This document shows positions 39,035-53,539 of a stretch of DNA of 64,000 bases, piece after piece (position 1 is the stretch's first letter; the number at the start of each line of letters is the position of its first letter). The DNA lies in contig NC_043009.1 of the NCBI RefSeq assembly GCF_006345805.1, positions 6,138,001-6,202,000 on the forward strand, in the 5' to 3' direction. The position numbers were made by a program, and so were the translations under genes. This DNA comes from Octopus sinensis (lineage: Eukaryota). The notes below the pieces were generated by a model. It made no database searches and was not told the origin of the DNA. It saw only the letters and a program-made list of their open reading frames with translations.

Positions 39035-39564
39035 GCTATCAGTACTGCTGGCCTTGAGTTAAGTTAGAAATATATAAGCTGTCAGTTCAATCATAGTTAG
39101 TTATGCTTGTATTGTCATTCAATATCGAACCTGATAATATTAGTAACCTACAAAATACGATTAAGCAAATGATGTGAATAAAGGAAAGGAACTTCGCCGT
39201 ACATTGATCAGATAATAATAAATGGCATTTCCCCTAGTGGGTAATAAAGAATCAAATAATAAATGGCATTTGCAATCTAATAATCAACAAAAAGAAACAA
39301 AGCATTGTGTCAGAATCTACTCAGACGCGCATAAGGACATCAGTGTACTGCAGGTTCAGTCTCACTGCGTAGCAACGTGAACTAGAGTTTTATACAGCAG
39401 CCTTAGTTTAACCAATATTGTTTGAGTGGAATCTAACAAAGAGGAGCTACAGAAACTGTCGTATGTTTCGTATGTTTGTATATATTTTTGTGGGGTTTTA
39501 ATGTTGTAAAACTAGAGTTGTATAAAAAAATGTAATATACCGTAATATAAACTATAACAATAAA

Positions 39565-39856
39565 CGTCGTCTTTTTCAAGCCTAGCCAATCTCAAGGGCC
39601 CGATTTCCCGGCTTCTATCGCGTATGTGTCACCTCAGCTGGACGGGACGCCAGTCCATCGCATCCTTGCTAAAGAAACAGGAAGAGAGAGTGATAGAAAG
39701 TTGTAAAACAGGGGCGACTACCCCCTGTCGGAACCTGGTGGCGCTCTTAGGTATTTTCCCTCAATAAACATACACAACGCCCGGTCTGGGAATCGAAACC
39801 GCGGTCCACCGACCGCGAGTCCGCTGCCCTAGCCACTCGGCCATTGCGCCTCCACA
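39565..39856 (-). mobile_element. SINE with family-B head and D-type tail
   Basis: Minus strand: TGTGGAGGCGCAATGGCCGAGTGG...GGTTTCGATTCCCAGACCGGGCG ... TGCGATGGACTGGCGTCCCGTCCAG ... GGCTAGGCTTGAAAAAG. Confidence 0.85.
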
Positions 39857-40621
39857 TACTGTAACATGCCAATTGGAAAAATAAAGATACATAAAGGTAG
39901 TATGAGAGTGAAATATTTACTGGACAGACGCACACGACAACTGGCTTCTGAGTAAGCAAACGAAAAGAGAAATAAGTATAAAATATCGACATATTTTTAG
40001 ATAAAGCCATTTGCAAAAGAGCTGCACGTTCTTAAATATATGAATTATCAACATTATGATGTTGAACTCACATATTTAGATTTGTTTGATTTTTTTCAAG
40101 AAATATTTTCAGTCTCTGATGGTTTGATTTAATCTGTGCTATAATATTTCAATTCATGGGTGAAAAAGACCGCACTATATAATTTCAGTACTAGGACAAC
40201 CTGCAACAACTTCTTACTGGCTGGATTCATAGACAAGACATATGCATATACCGTCATTCTGGATGCGAATAATGCGGTTTTTAAAGTTCTAGTTACGTTC
40301 AAGTAATGCCTCATTGAATGGAAGTCCGTTTATCTAATTTAGGACGTAATCTATATTCTAAGTTCTGTGTGCCAGAGTAAAAACTACATAACTTAAACCG
40401 AATAAAAACTGCATAAGTGAAGATGGTAAACTTTCATTATGATATTGCAAATATTTCAAATTGCGATAAAGACATCTTCATTTGTATTGATATGAAATTA
40501 TGTAGTTTCTCAATGTTATGATTATTTCACTTATTCATACATTCACCTTCTCTCTCTTTTGCTCACTTTCTTATGCATACGCACAATCACACACAAATGC
40601 TCTTTCTCTCTCTCTCTCTAC

Positions 40622-40655
<34 letters not shown>

Positions 40656-42571
40656 TCATGCACACACACACACGCATACATACCTAGACACATTCATGCA
40701 TGCATATTCGTACATATTTGTTTATATAACTCTATGTTTTTGTTTGCAGCTCCCGCTCACCCCCGTTCAAAACCATAATTCGTTTCAGTTTTGAGCAGAT
40801 ACTTGTACAACATATCTTCATATAAAGTGAAGTGTAAACAAATCAATACTATTTGACTGTTGAAACAACTGTTCTGTTTCTATAATATTTATACGGGAAT
40901 TACCATGGCCAATGGACTGTAAAATTTCCCATCGGATTTCTGTTATTATCTTCCGCATCCTTAGCTGCCCTATATCTGCAATAGACGAAGACATCTCACA
41001 TACCCTTTATTAATGCAGCAAAATGCTATGTATACAGTATATATATGCAATCTTTGCTATGTATACAGTATATATATGCAATCTTGTATATTCACATATT
41101 GTATGCAAGTATGTACGCTCTCATGCAAGCGAATGTATCTGAGTGTATAGATGTATGTGCATGTATTCTTATGTGTCTGCTTATGCACTGCGTGCTTTCC
41201 TTAATACGTATGCATTTATTCATATATATGTGCGTGTGTACTCTACCAGAAATTTCTCTCTTAGGAGTTACTCTGTTTGATTATATGATGCACATGTTTA
41301 TGATATCCGAAGTATGACTTGTACAAGAAGCATGTCGTTCAGTACTTGCTTCTCCCTACCTTTATTCAATTGAGCTTAACTTCTTTCTTTCTGAATGTAT
41401 TATTTCTGATGGAGATCAGCAAGTGTAAGTTATGAAGAACTGAACGCAGACGTTTTGTTTTCGTTTTGTATTTCATTGGATTAGCCAGAGTTATATTCCT
41501 TTTCCATGATAGCACTTCGTGTCTATACATTTCCACTCACTATAAGCTACAGTTTCTCCATTGACATGTATAATATTTAGGAAAGGTATACTCATATACA
41601 GTCGATTTAATGTCAGCTAACATTAGATTGACCATTGAGAATTTCAGAAAAATATTTGCAGGTATTTCCTTCAAATATGCATGAGTAATATATGCGACGT
41701 GGAATAAGTACAATAGAATTCTCTGATATTTTTCACTGGCTGTACACATTCTATTTTATAAATTTTACTGGTCTATTAATCCATTCCAATATGCCCTGTT
41801 GCATCTAACTTATATTAAGCAACACAAATATACATACAAACATACATATAACTTATATACACTTCATGCACACACCATCTAAGTAGTTGGCTTGCTATGT
41901 GTATGCATGTGTATTTATACAAACACACATCCACACGTACAAAGAGAGAAAGATAGAACGATAGATAGCCAGATAGACTGACCGGGGAAAAACCGATTCT
42001 GTACAGATAAATATATTTAAATATTTGAATTTATATATATATCTGGATAGGGAGTGAATCACCCACAGGAAAAATTTTCCCTATAGTAGCCATACCAATT
42101 ATTGAATTCAAAAGATTCCTTAATGCCTAAAACAAGGAATTGTATTCTTCGCGGTATTTATTTGGTGAAGGTGTAAGTGGTGGATGACAGAATTTCCGTC
42201 GCTGCAGAAACTACAAGAGAGTAGGGAGGGTGAGTTAAAGCTGTCCCTTTAGCTATTTGTATTGTAGAGTATATGTGAATGAAGAGATAAATGGATACAT
42301 TAAATGAAATGAAAAAAAAATTTGAAAATAAAAACTGAATTGTATGATTCAAATAGTTTAGATATCAGAAAATTTAATTAAATAATATTTCTTGCCGTCT
42401 TTTAATAAATATCTCTTAAATTTTGAAATTATTCAATAAATCCATAACGAATTTCTATTTCCAAATCCTACGCAACAGTTAATACATAGTATAACGATTT
42501 AAAATATTCCCTCCGCTCCAATAAGTAACGATTTGAAGCGCCAATTTATTAAAGATATCCATGACTCATAT

Positions 42572-42697
42572 GATAATAATAACAACAACAATAATAATAA
42601 TAATAATAACAACAACAATAATAATAATAATAATAACAACAACAACAACTACAACAACAACACTAATAATAATAATAATAATTATAATGATAATAAT
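42572..42697. repeat. (AAT)n/(AAC)n microsatellite
   Basis: Read directly from the sequence. Confidence 0.95.
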
Positions 42698-44448
42698 GTT
42701 TCAGGAATATTTTTAGCCGGCACATTCATCTAAATAACAGTGTATCACATTCAACAATCTGTTATTTACTGCAGCTATTCCATTTAGTTGTTTAAAATGT
42801 CTGGGCAATTAAGTATTCTCTGTAGCTATTCCCCGTGCGCTGATTCACTTGTTATCTTACATCTAAAACGCTTCCGGAAGATAGCATACCGTTGAGTGGC
42901 AGGCAGTCTTCAAGTAGGTGATAAAGAAAGTATCAACAGTCTCAATATATGAATTGATTGGGAAAGTCAATGACTCACAGTTTGAGATAATCTTTAAGGG
43001 TCTTTCAATGAAAGAAGAAGAAGAAAAAAATTGCATAAATAGAAATCCTTCGGATTTATTTTTGTCTGATATAATCGGTACATAGCGAGCACACACAGTT
43101 AGGTGATCCCTTATTGATCTCGACCAATGGCATGCAATTCATGTCAAAGAATGCAGAGTATTTGCAAATACGTGTAAGTATTTCTTCAGGGAATTTACGA
43201 ATTAAAACCGGAATATGCTATTGACTCAGTATGTTTGATTAAATCAATCAACCCATACCCCAGATTTAGCAATGAGTTGGACATTTGTTATAATGTAATA
43301 GATACCCATATTAACAGTTGAGTCACAATAAACGGTTGCGTTCAACTTGGATCATGCGTTTTCACATCTTGGTCATGAGATCGATCTTCAATTGTGGTAA
43401 GAGCTTGATAATATGTTCGCAAATAAGATAACATATTATTAAGCCAATCAATATCGGGTTGGACCAGAATGGTACACAACGTGATATAATACTAAAATAT
43501 GCTAGCAAATTAAAGGATAAAACCCCATCCAAAATAGAGGAAAGACATAGTGGTATTGATTATGTATATACATATTAATATTTTTGTGAGCTATAACACA
43601 ATGACTATGGACAAACATGTGTGAGTGCACAAACGTGTATTTCATTAACTCGCAATTGTACACACAAACATAGACACACACACATGCGTATATATGTAGG
43701 TGCGTATGTATATCGACTTCAATGCACAGCATATTGAGGATTTGCAATATACTTGAGTCAAACAAATCCGAGTGAAATTTGATGGATGAAAATCGTATTC
43801 ACGAACGAATTGGCAATTTTTCTGTTATATGTCATCATGTGTGCGTGTGGTGGTGGAGGATAATAAACTGAATTCCCCTCCAACAATCTGGCCCAAGAAC
43901 ATAGAGCTGCGGCGCATTTATTCATGCCAGGCGATGTATCTCAGCCTGAAAATGGTTTCCCTTCCTACAACCACCGACATTTATACAAAAAATATTTCCT
44001 TCTGTTTCTAGCTCAACAGCATGCAGTGCCTTTCCTTCTGTAATCTAGCTCAATAGTATGCAAAACTTTGTTTCATATATATTCCTTTGTCTATTCCCTG
44101 CTATCTTAGGTTGTTCGTTATTTGCATAACGAAGAAGTTCTTATACGTTTGGAAATTTAAGATCGATTGATGTATTCATTTCAGAACAGAAATGAGGTGA
44201 AATGCATCATTACATATATTTCTATTAATCTTATGTAATTATTTCGGCACTTTACTAGAATGCGTGTATGCTATATAACGTTTATTTTTTTATTATATGC
44301 CTCATATTTCGCACACAAATCCATCCATGGACTGGTTCCCCGCATCGAGTTGCACAGGATATTTGAACGTAGTGTGGGAGCAACTAATGAGCCCGGTTTT
44401 ACTGGTGTGTCACAGTTTACTGTGCCCCTTTATATATGTATATATATA

Positions 44449-44495
<47 letters not shown>

Positions 44496-44719
44496 ATATA
44501 TATAATATATATATATATAAATATAAATATAAAATGAATATCTTCTTCCGCTAATTGGATTTACTTATCGTACATAATAAATTATCTTGGATGTTTTACT
44601 GCTTGCATTTGTTGTTATCTGGTTATTGGATATTTTGCCGAATTCGTCTTACACAGAGTGCTGTAGAGAGATCTGCATGTGTATATTAATCCCTTTTACT
44701 TCTTAATATATAAGTGCTT

Positions 44720-44804
44720 ATATGTGCGTGTATGTGGGAGCGTGTGTGTGTTTGTGTGTATGTGCATGTGTGTGCCTGTGTGCGTATATATACATATCTA
44801 TCTA

Positions 44805-44867
<63 letters not shown>

Positions 44868-44868
44868 A

Positions 44869-44926
<58 letters not shown>

Positions 44927-44960
44927 TTTATATATATGTATATGTATATATATATATTAT
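44720..44960. repeat. (GT)/(TCTA)/(AT) compound microsatellite
   Basis: Read directly from the sequence. Confidence 0.9.
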
Positions 44961-44961
44961 A

Positions 44962-45200
44962 TGTGGAGGCGCGTGGCTTAGTGGTTAAGGTGTCAGCATC
45001 ATGATCGTAAGATTGCGGTTTCGACGCGTTGTGTTCTTAAGCAAACCACTTCATTTCACGTTGCTCCAGTCCACTTATCTGGCAAAAATGAGTAACGCTG
45101 AGATGGACTGGCATCTCGTCCAGCTGGGGAACACATACGCTATTGAAACCGAGAAAGAGGGCCCATGAGCCTGGCTAGGATTTAAAAGGGCGCATTTATT
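44962..45200 (+). mobile_element. tRNA-derived SINE, working family D
   Basis: TGTGGAGGCGCGTGGCTTAGTGG head, GGTTTCGAC B box, GATGGACTGGCATCTCGTCCAG, tail GGGCCCATGAGCCTGGCTAGG. Confidence 0.75.
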
Positions 45201-46239
45201 TTATTATATATATATTATATACAAACAGCGACATGGATATACCATCATAATGTAACCTATCAGCGCCATGTCCAATTCCACCGCCTTTTCCTGGCCGAGG
45301 ACAAATATATGCCGTTTCGATTAACAAATGTAACCGCTGATACTCTTCAAGCACACAGTAGTCTACCTACACTTTTGCGTTTATTCATTTCTCCCTTTTT
45401 CCTTCATTGCTAAGTTTTTTCTTAACCTACATTCACTTACACTTCCTTTAACTCTTTATTTATACGCATGTTGCTTTCAGTCCCTTATTTTCTCTTTTTC
45501 CTCTACACATCTTATATTTGAGCAAATTGCAGTACCAAATCAAGCGACGTTCACTCGTTATGTTTATTAAACTTCTTAATTCACCTTTTTATATACTTAG
45601 TGATTTTCGTTTGTATTTCTTTCTACATATTATTCCAACATTATCCATTCTGCTTGTGCGAGTGTATATCGGATATGAGCCTATATAGGCATGCGTGTTT
45701 TTCGAAATTACTGAGCGACAGACAGATGAAAAGGGATAGAGAGTAAAGAAAGAGGATGGAATGACTGCTTATAAGTAATCAATATATAAGACAACATTTA
45801 CATGAAGGATGAAGCAATGTAAAAAAATATGAAAAAAAACATCATAATTTATTAATAAATTAAATAACATACGATATACAATGCAGATAGACAATGTACA
45901 CAGAAACAAGAACTACACATAAGAAGAAGAAATACAAAAATGATCAGAACATGACATCATCTCTTTATATATTAATCTGTCTCTGTTTGCTTGGATTATA
46001 TATTAATCTGTCTCCGTTTGCTTGGATTTCGCTCAGTCTCAATAAAGCAGGTCCCTGAGACCTGCCAGATGCAGGGGCCCATTTCCTTGTCGCTTTTAAA
46101 TGAAGCCACTCCACTGGTTAAACGGGCAGGCTTCTAGTGGACAGTGTAGTTGTTCATTTCGACGAAACAGTATTTTGTATGGACAAAGTGTGAATGAAGT
46201 GTCATACAAAACCTTCTAATTTAAAACTGTTTAAATCAG

Positions 46240-46835
46240 CAGTCAAGAGCGAGCCTCTACCGTCGAAAAAGTTTAAAGCAGTACCACCTATTCTGGTTAG
46301 TGAAATTGAAAATGTCCTGAAACGGATGAAAGTAGATAAAGCTGTAGGAAGAGATGGCATGACAGGAATTTTAATGAAAAAAGCGCTGTGGATATTCTTC
46401 AATCTACGTTTGAATCGCTAGCTGAAGGAAGGTAAAATACCCCCGTAGTGGAACGAATCGCATAACATCTTGCTTCATGGAAGGGTGACAACGAAGATTT
46501 AAGAAACTATCGACGCATATGTTTCTTCTTTCATCACTACAGGTTGCTTACAGGGATCGAGTTATTAGGGTAATGTAACGTCTCCCTGACAAGCAGCCGA
46601 GAGAGCAAGAAGATTCCCGTAAGATGTACAGAACGATAGATCACATATTCACTCTCTTCACTCTAACACAGCTTACGGAGCAAACAAAAGAATACAAATT
46701 GACTCTATGCATCTATTTTGTGGAATAATAATAGGACTTCGCTAAAGCCGAAATGAATGCAGCGTTGAAATCCCTGGAAATGCTAAGTGTCAAGGTGTGG
46801 AACAAGGAACTTCTCAAGGAACTGTGAATGCACAA
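46240..46835 (+). mobile_element. RTE-clade LINE reverse transcriptase relic
   Basis: VPPILVSEIENVLKRMKVDKAVGRDG, LKEGKIP, RNYRRI, QPREQ, DHIFT, EMNAALKSL, in RTE RT order. Multiple stops and shifts. Confidence 0.8.
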
Positions 46836-46842
46836 ATGATAT

Positions 46843-47017
46843 AGGCGTTGGAGTGGATGTGTGGTTAGTAGCTTGCTTACGAACCACATGGTTCCGGGTT
46901 CAGTCCCACTGCGTGGCACCTTGGGCAAGTGTCTTCTACTATTGCCTCGGGCAACCACAGCCTTGTGAGTGGATTTCGTAGACTGAAACGGAAAGCAGCA
47001 CGTCGTTTATATGTATG

Positions 47018-47065
<48 letters not shown>

Positions 47066-47075
47066 TGTATGTATA

Positions 47076-47121
<46 letters not shown>

Positions 47122-47308
47122 GTATATGTGTCTATGTGTTCGTGTGTCTGTGTTTACGTCCCCGTAACTTACCGGTTCGGCAAAAAAGACCGATAGAATA
47201 AGTACTAAGCTTACAAAGAGTAAGTCCTGGGATCGATTTGCTCGACTAAAGGCGGTGCTGCAGCATGGCTGCAGTCAAATGACTGAAACAAGTAAAAAGA
47301 GTAAAAAG
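46843..47308 (+). mobile_element. SINE family A, full length, abutting the RTE relic
   Basis: Complete head, ACCTTGGGCAAGTGTC segment, microsatellite and tail. Confidence 0.9.
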
Positions 47309-48782
47309 TAAATGATATAAATACAGATACGTACCACAGAAAGACGAAATGCCATCAACAGGACAAGGAAACATAAATGGAACTGAGAGTCACTGATTAT
47401 GTCACTGACGTGTGTGACGAAAAAACATTCACAGACGTGTAAACTAAAAATAATACGAATAAAATTACAGTGAAGACCTAAGAAACAGTGCGTGTGTTCA
47501 CATGGCAGAAAAAAAATGACTATCACGATGTATAAAACTGTGTGTGTGTATGTAATTTTAAGAAGGATGATTGTCTGATAAGTAGATATGATTTTAAGTT
47601 ATAAACATCATATAACTCAAACTAATATGTGATTCAAAGCGACAACGCAAATATACAGTTGCCATTGAACTTGTGTCACATATTAGCATGTTACTGTTTC
47701 CAAAACTAATACTTGAATTTAAATCACTAAAATATAACTATAAATAGACGATTCGTATTATTTATTCGTGTAACCTAATGAGCTTGCGTACTTCATTTAC
47801 AATTTATAAATAATGCATTGAATTAAATTATTCTTTGTTGAAGACGACTCTATGAAATTAAATAATCTATGGAAAACATATAAACATATACACCTACTTT
47901 CAATCACTCACACGTGTTTGTCTTCATATATACATACATACACACATACACACATATATATTTATGTGTATATATATACATGTATACGAGGATGCACACA
48001 CACACACACACATATATATTTGTATATATATACATGCACAGACAAAAGGAGACCTGCTTATATGTACGTAAAAATACATAAGACACGACTTAGTGAATGG
48101 AGAAACAATGTCAGAAATGATGGAAACATATTATTTATCGATTTATAATATTTTATAAAGTGGTACAATTTAGTTTTGTAAAGAAGGAATATATTAACTA
48201 AAATGGAAATAACAAAAAAAAAATATTATTTGACGTCTGTGATTAAAACATTATGAAATTTATTGGAAATTGAATCAAAGATCAACTTCTATTGCAGCAA
48301 AATATTTTGTTATTGGTGCAGTTATGTAGATGGATTATGGTTTAGGATAACTGTAGATCATCTACTTTGTGATACGGAGTTAATATTGCTTCGGGCACAG
48401 AGAGACGCGTTTATTAAATAATCCTCGATAATAAGGTGTCAGTCAAATTAGAAGAATAAGGCACTCTGTACTACTAAAAGTGTTTAAACAGATGTGTTCT
48501 TCCAGTATGATTAATGAGCTGTGATATATTGCACACTATTTAAATATAATTCTCTATTTGTATCATTATTTACAAACGTGTATTTATTCAATTATCTATT
48601 CCGTAAACTATCCAATATACGATTTTTCTGAGGACAACTTAATCCTAAACACACACACTTGCATAAATGCACGAACGTACACACACATGCTGCCCGCGCA
48701 CACATACGCACACGCACGCGCACATATGCTCGATGCCCGAAAACGCATATCCACCAATTTATACGTACATAAATATTTGGCC

Positions 48783-49190
48783 TCTTACTCTTTTACTTGT
48801 TTCAGTCATTTGCCTGCGGCCATGCCGGGGCACCACCTTTAGTCGAGCAAATCGACCCCAGGACTTATTATTTGGAAGCCAAGTACTTATTCTATCGGAT
48901 CACTTTTGCCGAACCGCTGTTACGGGGACATAAACACACCACCATCGGTTGTCAAGCGATGTTGGGGGGGGGCACAAACATACAAACATATACACACACA
49001 CATATATATATATATATACATATATTCGACGGGCTTCTTTCAGTTTCCGTCTACCAAATCCACTCACAAGGCTTTGGTCGACTCGCGGCTATAGTAGAAG
49101 ACACTTGCCCAAGGTGCCATGCAGTGGGACTGAACTCGGAACCATGTGGTCCATATGCAAGCTACCTTACCACACAGCCACTCCTACACC
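48783..49190 (-). mobile_element. SINE family A, full length
   Basis: Reverse complement collinear with 33205-33618. Confidence 0.9.
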
Positions 49191-49511
49191 TAAGCGTTTT
49201 TGCGTTGAGTATGCTCAATAGCATATTCGGATACTTTCTCTGTATCGTATTCGCATACCTCCACACCGACAATGGAATACCTGTTACGTACCTTGTCTAA
49301 AGGCTTGTTGGGTCTCATGAGAAAGATATTCGTTTATAATTTCAATACACCACATCGGTCTTCATTTTTATCACTTTAGTCCAGCTACGTAGCTTTACTG
49401 AGGATGTCAGCTATTTGGTGGGAAATACATAATAAAGTATATACACATATATATGTAAATTTATCTACCTGCATTAATGCGTACATACGTTTATACATAT
49501 GCATATCTATG

Positions 49512-49730
49512 TCTTTCTTATTTCAGTCATGAGACTCTAGCCATGCTGGAGTACTAGGTCGAATAATTTTAGTAGAAATTAGAATAATAAGTACCCCTGT
49601 GATTATAACATTTTCCAAAGCCTGGTACTTGTTTTATCGGCCTCTTTTTCCCAACTGATAATTTACGAGGACGTTAACACACCAGCATCGGTTGTGAGGC
49701 CAAAGTGAGATAGAAACACAGACACAAAAC
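49512..49730 (-). mobile_element. SINE family A, diverged 3' half
   Basis: TTTCAGTCATG...GCCATGCTGGAG...GGACGTTAACACACCAGCATCGGTTG. Confidence 0.55.
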
Positions 49731-49758
49731 ATGCACACACATACATATACATTCATAC

Positions 49759-49793
<35 letters not shown>

Positions 49794-49805
49794 ATATATA
49801 TATAT

Positions 49806-49871
<66 letters not shown>

Positions 49872-50096
49872 GTGTATGTATGTATATACACAAGATGCAA
49901 CACGGAATTTTGTCAGTGAGCAGGTGGCGGTCTCGAACCGGCGAAAATATTTTGAAAAAATAGATTTAAATGTTGAAGTGAATTTAACGGTGTTTGTGTG
50001 TTTTGAAATTGCTTATAAACCTCTTCCACGCTGCAATTGTTTTTGTTTCAGCACACGATCTCATATCATGCCACTTGCTGGGGAAGTACATCTCCA

Positions 50097-50135
<39 letters not shown>

Positions 50136-50206
50136 CATATTTATACACACACACCACACGCACACGCACACAAATCACACACACACACACACATATATAT
50201 GTATAT

Positions 50207-50320
<114 letters not shown>

Positions 50321-50335
50321 ATATATATATATATA

Positions 50336-50705
50336 TGTGGAGGCGCAATGGCCCAATGGTTAGGGCAGCGGACTCGCGGTCGTAGGATCGCGGTTTCGAT
50401 TCCCAGACCGGGCGTTGTGAGTGTTTATTGAGCGAAAACACCTAAAGCTCCACGAGGCAGGGGATGGTGGCGATCCCTGCTGTACTCTTTCACCACAACT
50501 TTCTCTCACTCTTACTTCCTGTTTCTGTTGTACCTGTGTTTCAAAGGGCCGGCCTTGTCACTCTCTGTGTCACGCTGAATATCTCCGAGAACTACGTTAA
50601 GGGTACACGTGTCTGTGGAGTGCTCAGCCACTTACACGTTAATTTCACGAGCAGGCTGTTCCGTTGATCGGAACCCTCGTCGTCGTAACCAACGGAGTGC
50701 TTCCC
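50336..50705 (+). mobile_element. SINE family B, full length
   Basis: Highly similar to the reverse complement of 15175-15546; A and B boxes intact. Confidence 0.95.
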
Positions 50706-50720
50706 AATTCCCAATATATA

Positions 50721-50751
<31 letters not shown>

Positions 50752-50752
<1 letters not shown>

Positions 50753-50890
50753 TCGAAGGGCTTCTTTCGGTTTACGCCTACCAAATCCACTCACAATCAA
50801 TTGGTCGGTTCGAGTGTATAGCTGAAGACACTTTCTCAGATTTTCACACAATGGGTCTGAAATAGGAACCATGTGCTCGGGAGGCCACCC
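50752..50890 (-). mobile_element. SINE family A, diverged head
   Basis: GGGCTTCTTTC...CTACCAAATCCACTCACA...GAAGACAC...GGAACCATGTG. Confidence 0.55.
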
Positions 50891-51514
50891 TATTTCCAAA
50901 AGTAGCCTCGTCCAAGAGAAGTTGATCAGGAGTGCCTGGCAAATCGAAATTTCAGTTAGAATTATTTTCCTTCTCTGAAACGTCCGTGTTCCCACTGCAT
51001 ATAAATTGAATCAAACATGGTTGTACGAATAGAATATCCTAGAAACACTTCAACTTTTAACCTATGCTCCCCCCACCCCATGAAATATCACCCATGGTAA
51101 AGCTAAGAATTATTAAAGAAATGGAAATTAATGCATAAATGGCCACTTATAAATACGAAGAATTATTAAGTAAATATAACGATTCAAAATCTCACAACGT
51201 AATATCTCAACCTGTCTGCAATAACCAATGATTTAACTCATAGCTGTATCGAATGTATTTTCGATACAGACATTTTAAACAACACTTGTCAAAATTTTGA
51301 TTATTTGAAGTTCGTTAACATTAGTTTTTCTGAGATCTTGTCTCGTTTTCATTTGCATAGTTGTTATTTATTATGTTGCCTTATTGAACCGGATGAAACG
51401 AAATTATAGATATGAATAATTTGTGTACTAAATAATATATCTTGAAAATTAATTTCACACACCTAAATGCGCATGCTTACCCTGTTCACGTATACCTATG
51501 TACATTCTTTTATT

Positions 51515-51735
51515 GTTTTGCTTGTTTCAGTCATTTGACTGAGGCCGTACTGGAGCACCGCCTTAAAGGGCTTTGTAGTGATGGAAATCGGCCCAGAAAT
51601 TATTCTTTATAATCCTAGTACTTAACCTATCGGATTCTTCTGCTGAATCGCCAAATTCAAGGGACGTAAACAGCGAAATTTAAGGGATGTAAACAAGCGA
51701 TCGAACGAGGACAAACACAGACACAAAACACACAC
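51515..51735 (-). mobile_element. SINE family A, 3' half
   Basis: CTTGTTTCAGTCATTTGACTG...CTGGAGCACCGCC...CTAGTACTT...GGACGTAAAC. Confidence 0.65.
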
Positions 51736-52324
51736 ACACATATATGTATATATACATGCATGTATATAGGTGTATGTGTGTGTGTGCGTGTGTGAGTGTA
51801 TGTATGAGTGTGTAGAGTGAGTTTGGAGGGATATATTATCTGGGTTGATCCCATGGTGGATTTCAGTTATGTTACAGTTTACGGCTAACCGCATCGATTA
51901 TTATTAAACGCCTATGACTACAATTGGTTGCCACTCACGCCGATATTTGCCGACAGGTAATGCCATCATCGTTTCTCTGGAAGATGATATAATCTGGAGT
52001 GTATATTAATAATAATGATAACCTTAAAGGTATGCTGCATGAAATTATAAAATACAGGAAATAATTCTTGGGGATGAACAACTTTCCATATTCTATTTAG
52101 TTATAACTTTTGCTTCTTGATATATATAAACATGTGTGCGTGTGTGTGTGCCTAGGCTCCCCAACGTAAGATGATTTCGTGTGAGAAACTAAATCTGGGA
52201 TCTTCGCTTACAGATACATTCCATCAAAATGTGTCTCCCACACCAGGAGCACTTTCCTTGTAGCCATTTTATTTCAAATATATATATATATGTGTGTGTG
52301 TGTGTCTGTGTGTGTGTGTATCTT

Positions 52325-52468
52325 TAGGCGTAGCAGTGGCTGTATGGTAAGAACCTTGCTTACCAACCACATTGTTTCGAGTTCAGTCCCACTGCCTGCC
52401 ATCTTGTTACCATGGACTCGGGCCTTTGAGTGGATTTGATAGACGTAAACTGAAAGAAGCCCGTTGTA
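52325..52468 (+). mobile_element. SINE family A head
   Basis: GGCGTAGCAGTGGCTGTATGGTAAG...GAGTTCAGTCCCACTGC...AACTGAAAGAAGCCCG. Confidence 0.75.
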
Positions 52469-52532
52469 TATATATATATTTATATATATATATATATATA
52501 ATATATATATATATGTGTGTGTGTGTGTGGTG

Positions 52533-52563
<31 letters not shown>

Positions 52564-52586
52564 TGTGTTGTGTGTGTGTGTGTGTG

Positions 52587-52619
<33 letters not shown>

Positions 52620-52649
52620 TCTGTCTGTGTTTGCCTTACGAGAGTGACG

Positions 52650-53539
52650 ATTTGTGAATAATGCGGGTTTTGAAAGTGCATGAATTAAAACTTGGAGAGG
52701 GACAGGATAAATTACCTGCATCAACTTGCTATACAAGCAGTTAGTAATTTACCTTGTCCTTATTCTTAGTGCACGTTTTGAAGAGTGAAGTTTGATTTTA
52801 ATAGTTATTTTTTCAAATTTATAATGGAAGTGAAAAAGGAGCGTATTCGGCAAATTTTGCTGTATAAATTCAGTAAAGGCAACAACGCAACGGAAAGGAG
52901 TATTAGTGTTGGATATGGGAATCAGGCAATACGCGTAGCCAGTATCAACGGTTGTTCCAGAAATTCCGAGCCAGAAACTACTAGCTCGAGGAGGACCTGG
53001 TGGAACAAAATCTCATCGTAGTTGCAAACCCTGGTGGAATAAAATCTCATCGTAACCGTTGAGGAAATAACAGAGAAACTTGGAATTGGTCATTCCAACG
53101 TTCATTGACACCTTCGCTAGAAGGAAAACAACCATCTTTGGCTTCAAGATGAAAGATGCTCATCTATCGAGATAATGCTTGGCCACATATAGCGGGAATG
53201 ACATTCCAAAGGCCGGAGCGGTTTTAATGGGAAACGATGCTCCACCCACTATATTCGCCGGACAGGGCCCCAACAGATTATCATTTATTCTGCAGTCTTC
53301 AAAATAATTTGGGCAGAAAAAATACGAATTCTGTAGATAAGGTAAGGAAAGTACAAGAGTATTTTTGTCATGGACAAGTGTATTTTGGAAGAGGGGCCTT
53401 GTAAGCCTACCACATATATGGGAGAGCATAGTAGTAAATGAAGGAGTGTATATTTATATTAAAAAAGAAATTGCTTATCTTAATTTTGAAAAATATTAGA
53501 AGTATAAATAAACTGCATTATTTATAGGATGACCCAATA
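52650..53539 (+). mobile_element. mariner relic of a second family, internally deleted
   Basis: MEVKKERIRQILLYKFSKGNNATE (from 52824), DNAWPH, HPLYSPDRAPTDYHLF. Right TIR CTGCATTATTTATAGGATGACCCAATA; partial left TIR AATAATGCGG. Confidence 0.85.

Noticed and set aside
46048-46068. Hairpin GCAGGTC-cctga-GACCTGC upstream of the RTE relic as an HDV-like ribozyme
   Set aside because: I could not build the nested double pseudoknot by eye; a single 7-bp stem is insufficient.
49885-50097. CpG-containing 210-bp island between microsatellites as a Tc1/mariner end
   Set aside because: No partner TIR or transposase motif found.
50336-50420. tRNA gene call for SINE heads (also 15470-15546, 39780-39856, 44962-45030)
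   Set aside because: A and B boxes are present, but I see no complete cloverleaf or terminator, and each continues into a SINE body.
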